Source: an uncultured delta proteobacterium
Lineage (GTDB): Bacteria; Desulfobacterota; Binatia; UBA9968
Length of the DNA: 64,000 bases
Reading direction: 5' to 3'
Assembly (NCBI GenBank): GCA_963737905.1
Contig: CAVTUQ010000037.1
Location: 32,001-96,000 of the forward strand
Under the pieces are notes generated by a model, which saw only the letters and a program-made list of their open reading frames with translations, did no database searches and was not told where the DNA came from. Numbering within the stretch: the stretch's first letter is position 1; every line of letters starts with the position of its first letter. The translations under genes and the position numbers were made by a program. Shown piece by piece: positions 61,237-64,000 of this stretch.

Positions 61237-63907
61237 CTAACCCATCAGCCCCAAATATCTCCAATATGGGATAGCCGCGATCAGCGCCACGAGATATGCC
61301 AGCGCATAAAAGAAATTGATTCGTGACATGAAGGAGTAGCTGAATCCCTTACCTTCGGTGGTTGAGTACGCAAGGGTGTGCCAGTCTACCTGGAACTTGA
61401 AGAACCAGACTTCCGACGCCATGAGGATAATCATCACCATGATCCATGGACTAATGCCCATATCGATGGACAACGGGAGCAGAGCGACGGTAAGCGTGAC
61501 GACGGTGAGAAAGCTCGTAAAAAACAATTTAACGGCGTAGGCGATGAGAGCGATAGCAATAAACGAGAGCGCCGGGTGATCCAAAAGCGGAAGGATCACC
61601 GGGGACGCTAAGCCAACCAACCATTCATCAATTTTTGCCTGGGTTAAGAAGGGTAGGTATACTTAACGTCGCGCCCATATAGATGAGCAATTCCCAATCG
61701 ATCCCTTTCTTCAACATGCCCCAGCCCAGCACGCCCGTATTGATTAAAACACAAAGCGAAATGAGGGAGATCCAGGCGCCGTCGATCCCATGGTAGGAAA
61801 TAGTCAACCAACCCGCCACGGTGAAACAAAGCAGCCCAAGCGTGATCCATTCTTTGTGCGATAGCGCTCCCAGAACTTCGAGCTGGTTCTGGACCATTTT
61901 ATAAGACACCTGAGCTTTCGACTCGGGGCGATAGAGAAACATGGCGCTGACTATAATGATAATGGCAACGACCAGAGTGGGAGGTAACGCAGCAAGAAAC
62001 CAATAGCCCCAGGTAAACTGCTCGCGGACATCGGCGGGTAGAAGTCCCCAGGCGATTAGGCTCGTCGTGGAACCTGTCAGAAAGAGAAAACCGAGCTGCC
62101 CCAAGCCCAGGAAGCTCGCAACAAAAAGGCCGGTTGATGCTTTGGACGGGTTTTTATAGCCGAGGCTTTCAGAGAGATTGACAAGCATTTGGCTGATAAT
62201 CGCAGTGCGGGCACTTTGTTGCGGGATAAGGGCCATCACGACGATCCCCATCAAACCTAGAGCGACAATCTGCCAGTAGTATTTCAAAGGGAAAAAGCGG
62301 ACCAGTTGCAGTGACAGGCGGTAAAAGAGCCCGGAGCTAGTGATGGCCGCACCCAAACCCAGTACTCCGAGGGTCATAAACCAGGTGGTGCTTGCGAAGC
62401 CGCCGAGCACTACCTCTGGCCTTCCCAGGTGAGTCAAGATCAGTCCCAAGGGAAAAATCAGAGCGACTCCGTAGTCCGGAAAGACCCAAAAGACCCAGTA
62501 GATTAACGTCAGGGAGAGTAAACCGAGCAATTTGGTTGCGCCATGGTCCAGGCCAATGTCGGGTGTCCAGAACCAGAGATAACTCCAGACGGCAAGACCC
62601 AAAACTCCGCCTACCCACCGACTCACCGAAGAGTCTTTGTGAGAAAGAGCAAAGCGAGAGACCAGATGTGACCAGATGGAGCCCGTTCCAGACATTGTGC
62701 CAGGGAGCGATGACGCCTGGGCCACCTTGGCCCTGTCCCGGTAAGGCTCCGTCATGTCTTCAGCCATGGTTCCCGTCTCCTGCTCCACCAGGTTGAGCGC
62801 GCTGCGAAGACAGGTGAGCGCCTGAGCATATTCTCTCTTTTGCACCAAGGTATCTGCCATGCTCTGGTAACGGGCTACGGCTTCAGCGATTAGGGTTCCT
62901 GCGCCTCTTTGGGAGAGGACTTCTTTATAGATCCTGACGGCTCCTCCCAAGTCACCCATATGAGCGAGCGCTCTGGCCTTGACGTCCGCTAAATGCGGAT
63001 CAGCGAAGAAGTGGTCCGGCGGGATTCTTTCAACCGCATTCTTCACGAACGGGGAGGAGCCGTTCAGCAACACCTCTTGATGTTTGATAAGGAGCTGCGC
63101 TGCTCTAGACCATTCTTCGGCTTCCAGAAAATGGTGGATAGTCTGCTTCCAATCACCCAGCGTCTCGTATTGCGCTGCAATCTGAGCCTGCAGTTGCTGC
63201 TCGGTTTCTCTGCCTTCGACCTTAAGGAGTTTTTCCCTCAAAAAGTCTCTAAAAAAAACGTGGAGCTCGTAACGATTCGCTTCCAAAGACCGGATCAAAG
63301 GAAACTCGCTTTTTTCAAGATCCTCCACGAATCGCTTTGCCCCTTCGGTTTGCAGCAACTGGTCCGCGGTCTGCGTATCTATGGTGGTCAATAATGAGGC
63401 GCGGCGAGAAAACTGTTGTTGCTCAGGGCTCCTGGAGCTATAGAACTCCTCGGCCAGGGAGTTGAACGCATCGCGTCCCTGGGAGTATTGCTGTTCTACG
63501 TGTGCGAGTCTTTTGCTCAGTGTAGCGGCGTAGTGGAGGAGCCAAGTGGGGTACTTCTCGATCAGTTCAATCCAAGCCTCGCGGGTAAGCCTCCACACCG
63601 TGGTATCCTTGACGGTGATAATAGTCGCCGAGCGTGGTTCTCCCGATAGAAGGGCCATTTCTCCAAACGAATCTTGCGGGCCCAGGACCGCGATGCTTTC
63701 CCTTCTGCCTCCACCTCCCTCGAGGACCACTTGGACGGCGCCAGATTGGATAATGTAGAAGGAGTCGCCTTGATCTCCTTGGGAGAGGATCGTCGTTCCA
63801 GCATTAAAAAATCTTTCCTCCAGCCTGCCGAGAATTTTCGCTATATCCTCGCGCGAGAGTCCGGAAAACAGGGGGTTGGTTCTGATCGTATCCGCTAAAT
63901 CAGCCAT
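61237..63907 (-). CDS. cNMP-binding / MalT-like helical-TPR / DASS (SLC13) transporter fusion (frameshift near 61635)
   Basis: FGEMALLSGEPRSAT; RYELHVFFRDFLR plus TPR-like helices; DASS motifs VLGGFAS, SGLFYRL, IPQQSART, FLTGS, IDWELL, IPYWRYLG. Confidence 0.85.
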
Positions 63908-63921
63908 AAGCCCTTGGTCCG

Positions 63922-64000
63922 TTATCGGATGACTCTATCCGCCTTCTTCAGTACGTCAGGCGGGACGGTGAGGCCAATCGCATTTGCCGTTCTGAAGTTG
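63922..64000 (-). CDS. C-terminus of an ABC substrate-binding protein (ABC_sub_bind type), partial
   Basis: NFRTANAIGLTVPPDVLKKADRVIR*. Confidence 0.75.
   Translation of the reverse strand, partial: NFRTANAIGLTVPPDVLKKADRVIR

Overview
Bacterial chromosomal window. Gene content and repeat style suggest a deltaproteobacterial/Binatia-like genome (inference). Many single-base frameshifts look like long-read assembly indels. (1) 1-27.5 kb: a minus-strand Wzy-type surface/exopolysaccharide cluster. It contains a NusG/RfaH-type antiterminator, wza, split Wzc/CapB, two AsnB amidotransferases, GT2/GT4/GT39 glycosyltransferases, an O-antigen ligase/polymerase, a secreted beta-helix protein and a WbpB/WbpD/WbpE-like trio, with two sigma-54 promoters and a perfect 30-bp palindrome upstream. 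(2) 28-55.7 kb: housekeeping and metabolic genes (pyrD, frmA, tenA, coxS/M/G-like, rlmE, galT, glmU-glmS, moaBDE), a secreted adhesin with a terminator-containing leader, and an IS110 element. The IS110 sits in an intergenic repeat, and its non-coding end carries sequences matching both its own target and its donor junction (bridge-RNA-like). (3) 55.9-64 kb: a candidate cyclic-nucleotide/sigma-54 module. It comprises a stand-alone cNMP protein, an AI-2E transporter, a GAF(NKFDE) enhancer-binding protein, two paralogous Usp-like genes each with a consensus -24/-12 promoter and its own tandem UAS, and a cNMP-TPR-DASS transporter fusion. Intergenic DNA throughout holds several foldback repeat families that are nested inside one another at reproducible positions.
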